DNA of 64,000 nucleotides from Escherichia coli (GTDB lineage Bacteria; Pseudomonadota; Gammaproteobacteria; Enterobacterales; Enterobacteriaceae): NCBI RefSeq assembly GCF_050920415.1, contig NZ_CP169309.1; one strand, 5' to 3'. Shown piece by piece: positions 9,905 to 20,764 of this stretch (position 1 is its first letter; each line of letters starts with the position of its first letter). The notes under the pieces were generated by a model. It saw only the letters and a program-made list of their open reading frames with translations, ran no database searches and was not told where the DNA came from. The position numbers and the translations under genes were made by a program.

Positions 9905-12553
9905 ATGAATACGTGTATGCCTGACCATTCCCTTTTCCGCTTACGGGCGCTTCCCTGGTGCGTTGCCGTGGCCATCTCTGGATGCCATATCAATGCCTGG
10001 GCTGATGAAGATATTCAGTTTGATTCCCGTTTTCTGGAATTAAAAGGCGACACGAAAATCGATCTAAAACGCTTTTCAAGCCAGGGTTATGTTGAACCGG
10101 GTAAATACAGTTTACAGGTTGAGGTGAATAAACAGCCATTACCCGGTGAATATGATATTTACTGGTATGCAACAGAAAATGATGCCAATAAGACTTACGC
10201 CTGCCTGTCGCCAGACCTGGTGGCACTGCTTGGTTTCAAAGAAGACATTGCGAAAAATTTGCAATGGGTTCACGACGGTAAATGCCTGAAGCCAGGCCAA
10301 TTTGACGGTCTGGAAATGCGCGCTGATTTAAGCCAGTCCGCACTCCTTATCAGCTTGCCGCAGGCTTATCTTGAATACAGCGATGTCGACTGGGACCCTC
10401 CCTCGCGCTGGGATGATGGCATCTCAGGTTTAATTGCCGATTACAGCATCAATGCCCAAACCCGACACGAAGAAAATGGCGGTGATGACAGCAACGATAT
10501 CAGCGGCAACGGTACGGTTGGCGTTAACCTCGGGCCGTGGCGCTTGCGAGCCGACTGGCAAAGCGATTATCAGCATACCCGCAGTAATGATGAAGAGACA
10601 GAAGACAGCACCGAAAGAAACTGGGACTGGAGCCGTTACTATGCCTGGCGCGCGTTACCGAGCCTGAAAGCCAAACTGGCACTCGGTGAAGATTACCTCG
10701 ATTCCGATATATTCGATGGCTTTAACTACATCGGCGGTAGTATCAGTACTGACGATCAAATGCTGCCGCCGAACCTGCGCGGCTATGCCCCGGATATTTC
10801 CGGCGTGGCCCATACGGCGGCGAAAGTCACCGTTAGCCAGGCCGGGCGTATAATTTATGAAACCCAGGTGCCAGCCGGGCCATTCCGTATCCAGGATCTC
10901 GCCGATTTTAGCTCTGGTACGCTGCATGTGCGCATTGAAGAGGTGAACGGTCAGGTGCAGGAGTATGACATCAGCACTGCCTCCATGCCGTTCCTGACTC
11001 GCCCGGGCCAGGTGCGCTACAAAATTATGATGGGGCGACCACAGGAGTGGGGGCACCATGTGCAAGGCGGGTTCTTTTCCGGTGGCGAAGCGTCCTGGGG
11101 GATAGCAAACGGCTGGTCACTGTATGGCGGGGCGCTTGGCGATGAAAATTACCAGTCAGCCGCGCTTGGGATTGGTCGCGATCTCTCCGTTTTCGGTGCG
11201 ATGGCCTTTGATATCACCCACTCGCATACCCGACTTGACGATTCGACCGCTTACGGAAAAAGCACGCTCGACGGTAACTCTTTCAGAGTCAGTTATTCCA
11301 AAGACTTTGATGAACTCAACAGCCGCGTCACCTTCGCCGGATACCGCTTCTCGGAAGAGAACTACATGACCATGAGCGAGTACCTGGACGCAAATGACAG
11401 CGCAATGGTCCGCTCAGGCAATGATAAAGAGATGTACACCGCCACCTATAACCAGAACTTCAGGGATGCCGGTGTTTCTGTTTACCTGAACTATACGCGC
11501 CACACCTACTGGGATCGTGATGAACAGACCAACTACAACGTAATGCTCTCCCACTATTTCAATATGGGCGGCATTCGTAACATGAGTATTTCTCTGACCG
11601 GTTATCGCTACGAGTATGACGACAGTGCTGACAAAGGCGTCTACATCTCCTTAAGTATGCCGTGGGGCGATAGCAGCGTTGTGAGTTACAACGGCAACTA
11701 CGGTAGTGGTTCAGACAGCAGCCAGGTAGGGTATTTCAGCCGTATCGATGACGCCAGTCATTATCAGATAAACGTGGGCAACAGTGAAAATCACTCCAGC
11801 GTGGATGGTTATTACAGCCGTGACGGTTCAATGGCCCATGTGGACCTCAGTGCCAACTACCATGAAGGGCAGTACACCTCTGCCGGGTTGTCGCTACAGG
11901 GCGGCGCTACGCTCACGGCTCACGGTGGCGCGTTGCACCGTACTCAAAATATGGGCGGTACGCGATTACTGATTGACGCTGACGGTGTTGCTGACGTACC
12001 GGTCGAAGGAAACGGTGCAGCGGTGTACACCAATATGTTTGGCAAAGCCGTCGTTGCCGACGTCAATAACTACTACCGTAACCAGGCCACGATTGACCTG
12101 ACCAAACTGCCAGAAGACGCCGAAGCCACACAGTCAGTGGTGCAGGCGACGCTTACCGAAGGCGCCATTGGCTACCGTCAATTTGCGGTCATCAGTGGGC
12201 AAAAGGCGATGGCTGTCCTGCGCATGAGTGATGGCAGTTACCCGCCATTTGGTGCGGAAGTGAGAAACGAACATGACCAGCAGGTCGGCCTGGTTGATGA
12301 TGACGGCAACGTCTATCTGGCCGGGGTAAAAGCGGGCGAACACATGCGTGTCTCGTGGAATGGCGAACCTCACTGTGAGATCTCACTGCCAGACCCGCTA
12401 CCCGCCGACCTGTTCAACGGCCTGTTACTGCCGTGCAAGCAACAAGGCGCGGTGATGCCTGCGGCTCCGGCAGAGATTAAACCGATGATTCAGGAACAAA
12501 CGCAGCAGGTCACACCTGGCGCGGAACCCATGGCTATTTCAGCAAACCAATAA
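9905..12553 (+). CDS. yfcU: Fimbrial usher, outer membrane, FimD/PapC family; intact reading frame
   Basis: Continuous 882-aa track ORF of usher length and composition. True start may be an internal Met. Confidence 0.88.
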   Translation: MNTCMPDHSLFRLRALPWCVAVAISGCHINAWADEDIQFDSRFLELKGDTKIDLKRFSSQGYVEPGKYSLQVEVNKQPLPGEYDIYWYATENDANKTYACLSPDLVALLGFKEDIAKNLQWVHDGKCLKPGQFDGLEMRADLSQSALLISLPQAYLEYSDVDWDPPSRWDDGISGLIADYSINAQTRHEENGGDDSNDISGNGTVGVNLGPWRLRADWQSDYQHTRSNDEETEDSTERNWDWSRYYAWRALPSLKAKLALGEDYLDSDIFDGFNYIGGSISTDDQMLPPNLRGYAPDISGVAHTAAKVTVSQAGRIIYETQVPAGPFRIQDLADFSSGTLHVRIEEVNGQVQEYDISTASMPFLTRPGQVRYKIMMGRPQEWGHHVQGGFFSGGEASWGIANGWSLYGGALGDENYQSAALGIGRDLSVFGAMAFDITHSHTRLDDSTAYGKSTLDGNSFRVSYSKDFDELNSRVTFAGYRFSEENYMTMSEYLDANDSAMVRSGNDKEMYTATYNQNFRDAGVSVYLNYTRHTYWDRDEQTNYNVMLSHYFNMGGIRNMSISLTGYRYEYDDSADKGVYISLSMPWGDSSVVSYNGNYGSGSDSSQVGYFSRIDDASHYQINVGNSENHSSVDGYYSRDGSMAHVDLSANYHEGQYTSAGLSLQGGATLTAHGGALHRTQNMGGTRLLIDADGVADVPVEGNGAAVYTNMFGKAVVADVNNYYRNQATIDLTKLPEDAEATQSVVQATLTEGAIGYRQFAVISGQKAMAVLRMSDGSYPPFGAEVRNEHDQQVGLVDDDGNVYLAGVKAGEHMRVSWNGEPHCEISLPDPLPADLFNGLLLPCKQQGAVMPAAPAEIKPMIQEQTQQVTPGAEPMAISANQ

Positions 12554-12572
12554 CGTGATTAAGGATTGATCC

Positions 12573-13322
12573 ATGTATACATTGACTCGCTCTGCAACAC
12601 GCGTTGCCCCGGCGCTGGCGCTGCTGGTGGCCGCCAGTTTTACAACCCACGCATCGGTGACGCCCGATCGCACACGCCTGATCTTCAATGAAGGCGACAA
12701 ATCTATTAGCGTCACGTTGCGCAATAACGACCCGAAGCAGCCCTACCTGGCACAAAGCTGGATGGAGGACGAAAAGGGCAACAAAATCAGCTCGCCACTT
12801 ACGGTACTGCCGCCGGTACAGCGTATTGATGCGATGATGAATGGTCAGGTAAAAGTCCAGGGAATGCCGGATATCAACAAGTTACCCGCCGATCGTGAGA
12901 GCATGTTCTACTTTAACGTGCGTGAAATCCCGCCAAAATCGAACAAACCTAATACGCTGCAAATTGCCCTGCAAACGCGTATCAAATTGTTCTGGCGACC
13001 CAAGGCACTGGCAAAAATTAACATGAGAGACCCGTGGCAGCACAAGGTAACGTTAACCCGCAATGGCCAGGCGTTCACCGTCAACAACCCCACGCCGTAT
13101 TACGTGATTATCAGCAATGCCAGCACACAGAAAAATGGTAATCCGGCAGCCGGGTTTACGCCGCTGGTCATGCCGCCGAAATCGTCCGCACCGTTGAATG
13201 TGAAGATGGACACTGTGCCGGTGCTGACTTATGTCAACGACTACGGTGCGCGATTGTCGCTGAACTTTAAATGCACTGGCAATAATTGCCAGGTGGATGC
13301 AGAGCAAAGCCGCAAAGGCTGA
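12573..13322 (+). CDS. yfcS: Periplasmic fimbrial chaperone, PapD/FimC family
   Basis: 249-aa product with signal peptide and chaperone-like N-terminal domain motifs. Confidence 0.9.
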   Translation: MYTLTRSATRVAPALALLVAASFTTHASVTPDRTRLIFNEGDKSISVTLRNNDPKQPYLAQSWMEDEKGNKISSPLTVLPPVQRIDAMMNGQVKVQGMPDINKLPADRESMFYFNVREIPPKSNKPNTLQIALQTRIKLFWRPKALAKINMRDPWQHKVTLTRNGQAFTVNNPTPYYVIISNASTQKNGNPAAGFTPLVMPPKSSAPLNVKMDTVPVLTYVNDYGARLSLNFKCTGNNCQVDAEQSRKG

Positions 13323-13337
13323 TGCCGGGAGAGTCTT

Positions 13338-13853
13338 ATGAAATACACGTTTCTGGTGGGAACGGGCATTTTTCTCCTGAGCGGCTGGCTGATGGGGAAC
13401 CTTGCTGTCGCAGGGCAAAGTAAAAAGGTGTCATTGTCGTTGCGCATTTTGGTGGATGGGCCACCGCCCTGTTCCGTAAAGGGGAGCAACGTGGATTTTG
13501 GCAATGTCTACATTAGCAAAATCAATGGCACAAATTACCGTACCACGACCCCGCTTTATACCCTGAACTGTGATAACAGGGCGGTGGATGCTGATGAGCT
13601 GCGGATGCAGCTTAAAGGCGCTACCACCGTGATTAACGGGGAAACTGTCATGGCCACCGAAATACCAGGCCTGGGCATTCGCATCGAAAACGGTGCCGAT
13701 AACTCTTTGTTCAGAGTGGGTGAAGGTAACTGGACTCCTTTCAACTTTTACCAGTCGCCCAATCTCAAAGCAGTGCCGGTTAAACAGAGCGGAGCGCAGC
13801 TTATGCCTGCGGTTTTTAACGCCACTATGACGATGGTGGTGGATTACCAATGA
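13338..13853 (+). CDS. yfcR: Fimbrial minor subunit
   Basis: 171-aa secreted pilin-like protein; stop overlaps the yfcQ start (ATGA). Confidence 0.85.
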   Translation: MKYTFLVGTGIFLLSGWLMGNLAVAGQSKKVSLSLRILVDGPPPCSVKGSNVDFGNVYISKINGTNYRTTTPLYTLNCDNRAVDADELRMQLKGATTVINGETVMATEIPGLGIRIENGADNSLFRVGEGNWTPFNFYQSPNLKAVPVKQSGAQLMPAVFNATMTMVVDYQ

Positions 13854-14338
13854 AAAAACACTTGTTCCTTTTACTCTGCACCTGCGGTGGCGTTGCGCTG
13901 GCGGCTGACGATGACATCACCTTCCACGGTACGCTGGTGGCACCGCCTGTCTGTGCTATCAGCGATGGAAAGACCCTCGAAGTGGAATTTCGCGATCTCA
14001 TCATCGACAGTATCAACGGGGACTATGGCCGCAAGGAAGTGGAATATGACCTGAGCTGTGACTCTGACACGCGCGATCCCGAGTGGATTATGACGCTCAC
14101 CTGGACGGGGACGCCGACCGCCTACAATAACGCGGCTATCGAAACAGACGTTCCCGGCTTTGGTATTGAGCTTCAGCATGATGGTCAGCGTTTTGTGTTG
14201 AATACTCCGCTTGCCATTAACGCCACCGATTTTACCCAAAAGCCGAAGCTGGAAGCCGTGCCAGTGAAGTCAGCCGATGCGGTGCTGAGTGATACCACGT
14301 TTTCAGCCTATGCAACATTGCGGGTGGATTATCAATGA
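13850..14338 (+). CDS. yfcQ: Fimbrial minor subunit
   Basis: 162-aa pilin-like product with signal peptide; ATGA overlap with yfcP. Confidence 0.85.
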   Translation: MKKHLFLLLCTCGGVALAADDDITFHGTLVAPPVCAISDGKTLEVEFRDLIIDSINGDYGRKEVEYDLSCDSDTRDPEWIMTLTWTGTPTAYNNAAIETDVPGFGIELQHDGQRFVLNTPLAINATDFTQKPKLEAVPVKSADAVLSDTTFSAYATLRVDYQ

Positions 14339-14874
14339 AGACAGAACGTATTTATTCGCTCGGCTATGGGCTGTTAGCGGGCCTGCTGTTGATCGGCAGC
14401 ACGCGTGCCCTGGCCGTGGACAACAACCTGCATTTTTACGGCAACTTACTCAGCCGCTCTTGTACGCTGGTGGTTGAGAGCGGGAATCTGGCCGAAGTCC
14501 ATTTTCCGACTATCAGTCGTCGGGATCTTATGGCTACGGGGGAGTCTGCGCACATACCGGTGGTGTTTAAGCTGAAAGATTGTAAGGGGCCCGCGAGTTA
14601 TCAGGTCCAGGTGACCCTTACCGGTACGGAAGACAGTGAGCAGCCCGGTTTCCTGGCGCTGGATACCACATCAATCGCGCAAGGCGTCGGAATTGGGATG
14701 GAAACGACGGACGGTGTACGGGTGGCGATTAACAACCCCTCCGGGGCGAAATTCACGCTTAGCGATGGCAGCAATAATATTAATTTCAGGGCCTGGCTAC
14801 AGGCGAAAAGCGGTCGGGAAGTAACGATGGGCGATTTTACCGCCAACCTGACGGCAACCTTCGAGTATATATAA
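14335..14874 (+). CDS. yfcP: Fimbrial minor subunit
   Basis: 179-aa pilin-like product with signal peptide. Confidence 0.85.
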   Translation: MKTERIYSLGYGLLAGLLLIGSTRALAVDNNLHFYGNLLSRSCTLVVESGNLAEVHFPTISRRDLMATGESAHIPVVFKLKDCKGPASYQVQVTLTGTEDSEQPGFLALDTTSIAQGVGIGMETTDGVRVAINNPSGAKFTLSDGSNNINFRAWLQAKSGREVTMGDFTANLTATFEYI

Positions 14875-14875
14875 T

Positions 14876-15721
14876 ATGAAAAAATGGATGATTTGTTTCG
14901 CAAGTCTGATATTACTTGCTCTCAGTTTAGGAACCCCAAAGAGCTATGCTGGTGATAAGCTCTACAGCTCAAGCTTTCCAGGGACTGCAGTATATTATGC
15001 AATGAATAATGCCTCTATGCAGGGTACTTTATATTACTATGTTACGGTATTAACGCCAAAAGAAGTCGCTTATGGTCAATACAATGCAACACGCGCGGGG
15101 AGAGGCGATACTCTCCCGGTAATATCCTGGACCGGCTCAGGTCCGGCACCAAAGCTAGTGCTGGCTGACTGGGGCCGCACAGATAGCTCAAACTGCCCAG
15201 GTATGAATACGACTATATATGTCTGCGGATTTATGACTTTTAATGTCACGGTCGCATCTGATGATTATGGCTGCCCATGGATTGCCTCTCTTTATTCAGT
15301 TGCCCAGGCCAGTGGATTTAGTGCATATACAAGTCCAACAGTGAGTCGTACTGTTTGTCCAACAATTCCAGTATCTTCTTATGATATATCCTGGAGTGAT
15401 AGTTATGTTAGCCATTCTAAAACGTTGCAATTACAATCCAATGGTTCAACCATCACGACAACGCTTTCGACCTATTTGATGGAAAGTGGCAATCTCTGCG
15501 ATGGCAGTAATTTTGATGCCAGAGGAGCATACTGTCGTGCAGTTTCAGATTTATTAACGTTTACCTCTTATGGTTGCGATAATGCAAAGGTGACAGTCAC
15601 ACCGACACGTAAACCGTTAACGGATAGAAAACTCCACGACATTGTGGTGAAGGTGAATACCAGTAGTCGGCAACCGATTGATTCTACGTGCCGTTTCCAA
15701 TATGTCTTAAATGAATTGTAA
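14876..15721 (+). CDS. yfcO: Secreted Cys-rich protein YfcO (DUF2544), terminal gene of the fimbrial operon, possible tip adhesin
   Basis: 281-aa product with signal peptide and many Cys; gene is visibly more AT-rich than the upstream operon genes. Confidence 0.8.
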   Translation: MKKWMICFASLILLALSLGTPKSYAGDKLYSSSFPGTAVYYAMNNASMQGTLYYYVTVLTPKEVAYGQYNATRAGRGDTLPVISWTGSGPAPKLVLADWGRTDSSNCPGMNTTIYVCGFMTFNVTVASDDYGCPWIASLYSVAQASGFSAYTSPTVSRTVCPTIPVSSYDISWSDSYVSHSKTLQLQSNGSTITTTLSTYLMESGNLCDGSNFDARGAYCRAVSDLLTFTSYGCDNAKVTVTPTRKPLTDRKLHDIVVKVNTSSRQPIDSTCRFQYVLNEL

Positions 15722-15728
15722 TGTTAAT

Positions 15729-15760
15729 CTTTCACCGACCAGTTAGCTGGTCGGTGAAAG
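15729..15760. terminator. Perfect 14-bp-stem hairpin between convergent yfcO and smrB
   Basis: ctttcaccgaccag-ttag-ctggtcggtgaaag; no U-tract on either strand. Confidence 0.5.
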
Positions 15761-15778
15761 TACATGTTGATAATGATG

Positions 15779-16330
15779 TCAGGGCAACTCAGGCGGCAAC
15801 CACTCTTCCACTTCAATCAACACTAATAAAGCTGCATCACCGCCGTACTCTTTCGGTGCCTGATGAAACGCCATCACATGGGGATGTTGCGCCAGCCACA
15901 GCGGCGTTTGCTGCTTCAAAATATGCTTACCATGACCATGCATCACGCAGGCGCAAAACACATGTTCACGACGGCAGGCGGCAATCAGAGCCCCAAGTTC
16001 CTGCTTAGCTTGCAACTGCGTCAAACCGTGTAAATCCAAAAACAACTCCGGCGAATAATCGCCGCGGCGCAGTTTCTTCGCTTCAAAGTGGCTGACATCC
16101 GGACGGACATATTTCACCGGACCTTCGGTATTCAATAACGGTTGAAACTCATCGGAGAAATAATGGCTGGCATCGGCCTGTTCCTGAATTAACCGCTTGA
16201 CCGGTACTTCGCTAATTTTTTTACGTAGCGGCCGATGGACGATGGTGTCCTGCTTTATCTGGCGGGTCCCCGCCATCAACTGGCGGAACAGCGCCTGGTC
16301 CTCCTCGCTAAGTGATGATTTCTTTTTCAT
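15779..16330 (-). CDS. smrB: Ribosome rescue endonuclease SmrB (Smr domain)
   Basis: 183-aa translation matching SmrB/YfcN. Confidence 0.92.
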   Translation of the reverse strand: MKKKSSLSEEDQALFRQLMAGTRQIKQDTIVHRPLRKKISEVPVKRLIQEQADASHYFSDEFQPLLNTEGPVKYVRPDVSHFEAKKLRRGDYSPELFLDLHGLTQLQAKQELGALIAACRREHVFCACVMHGHGKHILKQQTPLWLAQHPHVMAFHQAPKEYGGDAALLVLIEVEEWLPPELP

Positions 16331-16494
16331 TTACATCTCTCATTTCTAATTTTCCTACAGTTTACCCGACTCGTCGTCTAATCGATCGTTTTAAACGTAT
16401 TTTTCCTCACTCACCGCGCGTGAATGCTGATTTATCGTCATCTTCATGGCAAACTAGCCGCCGAAATTAATGCGACCATGCCCTGGAGGAATAC

Positions 16495-17427
16495 GTGGAT
16501 AAAATTTTCGTTGATGAAGCAGTAAATGAGCTGCAAACCATTCAGGACATGTTGCGCTGGTCGGTGAGCCGCTTCAGCGCGGCAAATATCTGGTACGGCC
16601 ACGGCACCGATAACCCGTGGGATGAAGCCGTACAACTGGTGCTGCCATCGCTCTACCTGCCGCTGGATATTCCGGAAGATATGCGCACCGCGCGTCTGAC
16701 TTCCAGCGAAAAACATCGTATTGTTGAGCGCGTGATCCGCCGCGTCAACGAACGCATTCCGGTGGCCTACCTGACCAACAAAGCCTGGTTCTGCGGTCAT
16801 GAATTTTACGTCGATGAACGTGTGCTGGTGCCGCGCTCGCCGATTGGTGAACTGATCAACAATAAATTTGCCGGACTCATCAGCAAGCAACCGCAGCACA
16901 TTTTAGATATGTGCACCGGAAGCGGCTGTATTGCGATTGCCTGCGCTTATGCCTTCCCGGAAGCAGAAGTCGACGCGGTAGACATCTCTCCTGACGCGCT
17001 GGCGGTTGCTGAACAGAACATCGAAGAACATGGTCTGATCCACAACGTCATTCCGATTCGTTCCGATCTGTTCCGGGACTTGCCGAAAGTGCAGTACGAC
17101 CTGATCGTCACTAACCCGCCGTACGTTGATGCGGAAGATATGTCCGACCTGCCAAATGAATACCGTCACGAGCCGGAACTGGGTCTGGCATCTGGTACTG
17201 ACGGCCTGAAACTGACGCGTCGTATTCTCGGTAATGCGGCAGATTACCTTGCTGATGATGGCGTGCTGATTTGTGAAGTCGGCAACAGCATGGTACATCT
17301 TATGGAACAATATCCGGATGTTCCGTTCACCTGGCTGGAGTTTGATAACGGCGGTGATGGTGTGTTTATGCTCACCAAAGAGCAGCTTATTGCTGCACAA
17401 GAACATTTCGCGATTTATAAAGATTAA
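16495..17427 (+). CDS. prmB: Ribosomal protein uL3 glutamine methyltransferase PrmB
   Basis: 310-aa product with the NPPY methyltransferase motif, matching PrmB/YfcB. Confidence 0.93.
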   Translation: MDKIFVDEAVNELQTIQDMLRWSVSRFSAANIWYGHGTDNPWDEAVQLVLPSLYLPLDIPEDMRTARLTSSEKHRIVERVIRRVNERIPVAYLTNKAWFCGHEFYVDERVLVPRSPIGELINNKFAGLISKQPQHILDMCTGSGCIAIACAYAFPEAEVDAVDISPDALAVAEQNIEEHGLIHNVIPIRSDLFRDLPKVQYDLIVTNPPYVDAEDMSDLPNEYRHEPELGLASGTDGLKLTRRILGNAADYLADDGVLICEVGNSMVHLMEQYPDVPFTWLEFDNGGDGVFMLTKEQLIAAQEHFAIYKD

Positions 17428-17461
17428 GTAAACACGCAAACACAACAATAACGGAGCCGTG

Positions 17462-18547
17462 ATGGCTGGAAACACAATTGGACAACTCTTTCGCGTAACC
17501 ACCTTCGGCGAATCGCACGGGCTGGCGCTCGGCTGCATCGTCGATGGTGTTCCGCCAGGTATTCCGCTGACGGAAGCGGACCTGCAACACGATCTCGACC
17601 GTCGTCGCCCTGGGACATCGCGCTATACCACTCAGCGTCGTGAGCCGGATCAGGTCAAAATTCTCTCCGGTGTTTTTGAAGGCGTTACTACCGGCACCAG
17701 CATTGGTTTACTGATTGAAAACACTGACCAGCGTTCTCAGGATTACAGCGCAATTAAAGACGTTTTCCGTCCAGGCCATGCCGATTACACCTACGAACAA
17801 AAATACGGTCTGCGCGATTACCGCGGCGGCGGTCGTTCTTCCGCTCGCGAAACCGCCATGCGCGTTGCAGCAGGGGCGATTGCCAAAAAATATCTCGCTG
17901 AGAAATTTGGTATAGAAATTCGCGGCTGCCTGACCCAAATGGGCGACATTCCGCTGGAAATCAAAGACTGGTCTCAGGTCGAGCAAAATCCATTCTTCTG
18001 CCCGGATCCGGACAAAATCGAAGCCTTAGATGAACTGATGCGCGCGCTGAAAAAAGAGGGTGACTCTATTGGCGCGAAAGTCACCGTTGTTGCCAGTGGC
18101 GTACCCGCCGGACTTGGCGAGCCGGTCTTTGATCGCCTGGATGCCGACATCGCCCACGCGCTGATGAGCATCAACGCGGTGAAAGGTGTGGAAATTGGTG
18201 ATGGTTTTGACGTGGTAGCGCTGCGTGGCAGCCAGAACCGTGACGAAATCACCAAAGACGGTTTCAAGAGCAACCATGCGGGCGGTATTCTCGGCGGCAT
18301 CAGCAGCGGGCAGCAAATCATTGCCCATATGGCGCTGAAACCGACCTCCAGCATTACTGTGCCTGGACGCACCATTAACCGCTTTGGCGAAGAAGTTGAG
18401 ATGATCACCAAAGGCCGTCACGATCCTTGTGTTGGGATCCGCGCGGTGCCGATCGCGGAAGCGATGCTGGCGATCGTTTTAATGGATCACCTGTTACGGC
18501 AACGGGCGCAAAATGCTGATGTGAAGACTGATATTCCACGCTGGTAA
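17462..18547 (+). CDS. aroC: Chorismate synthase AroC
   Basis: Track ORF 17459..18547 matches AroC; trimmed by one codon to [10 protein letters not shown]. Confidence 0.95.
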   Translation: MAGNTIGQLFRVTTFGESHGLALGCIVDGVPPGIPLTEADLQHDLDRRRPGTSRYTTQRREPDQVKILSGVFEGVTTGTSIGLLIENTDQRSQDYSAIKDVFRPGHADYTYEQKYGLRDYRGGGRSSARETAMRVAAGAIAKKYLAEKFGIEIRGCLTQMGDIPLEIKDWSQVEQNPFFCPDPDKIEALDELMRALKKEGDSIGAKVTVVASGVPAGLGEPVFDRLDADIAHALMSINAVKGVEIGDGFDVVALRGSQNRDEITKDGFKSNHAGGILGGISSGQQIIAHMALKPTSSITVPGRTINRFGEEVEMITKGRHDPCVGIRAVPIAEAMLAIVLMDHLLRQRAQNADVKTDIPRW

Positions 18548-18549
18548 AA

Positions 18550-19374
18550 ATGAACAAAACTGCGATTGCGCTGCTGGCCCTGCTTGCCAGCAGCGCCAGC
18601 CTGGCAGCGACGCCGTGGCAAAAAATAACCCAACCTGTGCCGGGTAGTGCACAATCGATAGGCAGTTTTTCAAATGGCTGTATCGTTGGTGCTGACACGC
18701 TGCCGATACAGTCCGAACATTATCAGGTCATGCGTACCGATCAGCGTCGCTATTTCGGGCACCCGGACCTGGTGATGTTTATCCAGCGTCTGAGTAGCCA
18801 GGTGAGCAATCTGGGTATGGGCACGGTGCTGATTGGCGATATGGGAATGCCTGCTGGTGGGCGTTTCAATGGCGGTCACGCCAGTCATCAGACCGGACTG
18901 GATGTGGACATCTTCCTGCAACTGCCGAAAAAACGCTGGACCTCCGCGCAACTCTTGCGCCCGCAAGCATTAGATTTGGTTTCCCGCGACGGTAAACACG
19001 TTGTCCCCGCGCTGTGGAAGCCCGAAATTTTCAGCTTGATTAAACTCGCCGCGCAGGACAAAGACGTCACGCGTATTTTTGTTAATCCGGCGATTAAACA
19101 ACAACTTTGCCTTGATGCGGGCACCGATCGCGACTGGTTGCGCAAAGTGCGACCCTGGTTCCAGCATCGCGCCCATATGCATGTACGATTACGTTGTCCT
19201 GCCGATAGTCTGGAGTGTGAAGATCAACCTTTACCGCCACCGGGCGATGGTTGCGGGGCAGAACTGCAAAGCTGGTTTGAACCTCCAAAACCGGGAACAA
19301 CAAAGCCTGAGAAGAAGACACCGCCTCCGTTGCCGCCTTCCTGCCAGGCGCTACTGGATGAGCACGTGATCTAA
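18550..19374 (+). CDS. mepA: Penicillin-insensitive murein DD-endopeptidase MepA
   Basis: 274-aa translation with signal peptide, matching MepA. Confidence 0.93.
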   Translation: MNKTAIALLALLASSASLAATPWQKITQPVPGSAQSIGSFSNGCIVGADTLPIQSEHYQVMRTDQRRYFGHPDLVMFIQRLSSQVSNLGMGTVLIGDMGMPAGGRFNGGHASHQTGLDVDIFLQLPKKRWTSAQLLRPQALDLVSRDGKHVVPALWKPEIFSLIKLAAQDKDVTRIFVNPAIKQQLCLDAGTDRDWLRKVRPWFQHRAHMHVRLRCPADSLECEDQPLPPPGDGCGAELQSWFEPPKPGTTKPEKKTPPPLPPSCQALLDEHVI

Positions 19375-20183
19375 TGGAAACGTTTAATAGCCTGTTTATG
19401 GTTTCCCCGCTATTACTGGGACTCCTCTTTTTTGTCGCCATACTGGCGGGATTTATCGACTCTATTGCCGGGGGCGGTGGGCTACTCACCATTCCGGCAT
19501 TAATGGCGGCGGGGATGTCTCCGGCTAACGCGCTGGCAACCAATAAACTGCAAGCCTGCGGTGGCTCTATTTCTGCCACTATCTACTTTATTCGCCGCAA
19601 AGTGGTTAGCTTAAGCGATCAGAAACTCAATATCGCCATGACCTTTATCGGCTCAATGAGCGGCGCTTTGCTGGTGCAGTACGTTCAGGCTGATGTCTTG
19701 CGGCAGATTTTGCCCATTCTGGTGATTTGTATTGGTCTTTATTTCTTACTGATGCCCAAACTGGGAGAAGAAGATCGCCAGCGTCGGATGTATGGACTGC
19801 CATTTGCGCTGGTGGCGGGGGGCTGCGTAGGTTTTTACGATGGATTCTTTGGCCCGGCTGCCGGATCGTTTTACGCGTTAGCCTTCGTTACGCTGTGCGG
19901 CTTTAACCTCGCCAAAGCCACGGCCCACGCCAAATTACTCAACGCAACGTCTAATATCGGCGGTTTGCTGCTGTTTATTCTCGGCGGCAAAGTGATTTGG
20001 GCGACAGGATTTGTGATGCTGGTGGGGCAGTTCCTCGGCGCGCGCATGGGGTCAAGACTGGTGTTGAGCAAAGGGCAAAAGCTGATTCGCCCGATGATTG
20101 TTATCGTCTCGGCGGTGATGAGTGCCAAATTACTTTATGATAGCCACGGACAGGAGATCCTCCACTGGTTGGGGATGAACTAA
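19374..20183 (+). CDS. yfcA: TauE/SafE family inner membrane protein YfcA
   Basis: 269-aa polytopic membrane protein; its start overlaps the mepA stop (TAATG). Confidence 0.9.
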   Translation: METFNSLFMVSPLLLGLLFFVAILAGFIDSIAGGGGLLTIPALMAAGMSPANALATNKLQACGGSISATIYFIRRKVVSLSDQKLNIAMTFIGSMSGALLVQYVQADVLRQILPILVICIGLYFLLMPKLGEEDRQRRMYGLPFALVAGGCVGFYDGFFGPAAGSFYALAFVTLCGFNLAKATAHAKLLNATSNIGGLLLFILGGKVIWATGFVMLVGQFLGARMGSRLVLSKGQKLIRPMIVIVSAVMSAKLLYDSHGQEILHWLGMN

Positions 20184-20731
20184 TGAATAGTACACACCAC
20201 TATGAGCAGTTGACTGAAATTTTTAATAGCTGCTTTGCCGATGAATTTAATACCCGTCTGATTAAAGGCGACGACGAACCGATCTATCTTCCTGCTGATG
20301 CGGAAGTACCGTATAACCGAATCGTCTTTGCTCACGGCTTTTATGCCAGCGCAATTCATGAGATTTCGCACTGGTGTATTGCCGGGAAAGCGCGCCGTGA
20401 GCTGGTTGATTTCGGCTACTGGTATTGTCCCGACGGACGCGATGCCCAAACGCAAGGCCAGTTTGAAGATGTTGAAGTGAAGCCGCAGGCGCTGGACTGG
20501 TTGTTCTGTGTGGCGGCGGGATATCCGTTTAATGTCAGTTGCGACAATCTGGAAGGGGATTTCGAACCGGACCGCGTGGTATTTCAACGGCGGGTACATG
20601 CACAGGTAATGGATTATCTGGCAAACGGTATTCCCGAGCGTCCGGCACGCTTCATTAAAGCACTACAAAATTATTATCACACGCCGGAACTTACGGCGGA
20701 ACAGTTCCCGTGGCCGGAAGCGCTCAACTGA
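20183..20731 (+). CDS. epmC: Elongation factor P hydroxylase EpmC (YfcM)
   Basis: 182-aa translation matching EpmC; start overlaps the yfcA stop. Confidence 0.9.
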   Translation: MNSTHHYEQLTEIFNSCFADEFNTRLIKGDDEPIYLPADAEVPYNRIVFAHGFYASAIHEISHWCIAGKARRELVDFGYWYCPDGRDAQTQGQFEDVEVKPQALDWLFCVAAGYPFNVSCDNLEGDFEPDRVVFQRRVHAQVMDYLANGIPERPARFIKALQNYYHTPELTAEQFPWPEALN

Positions 20732-20764
20732 AGCCTGCGCCACGTTTTACAATGAGGAAAGAAG

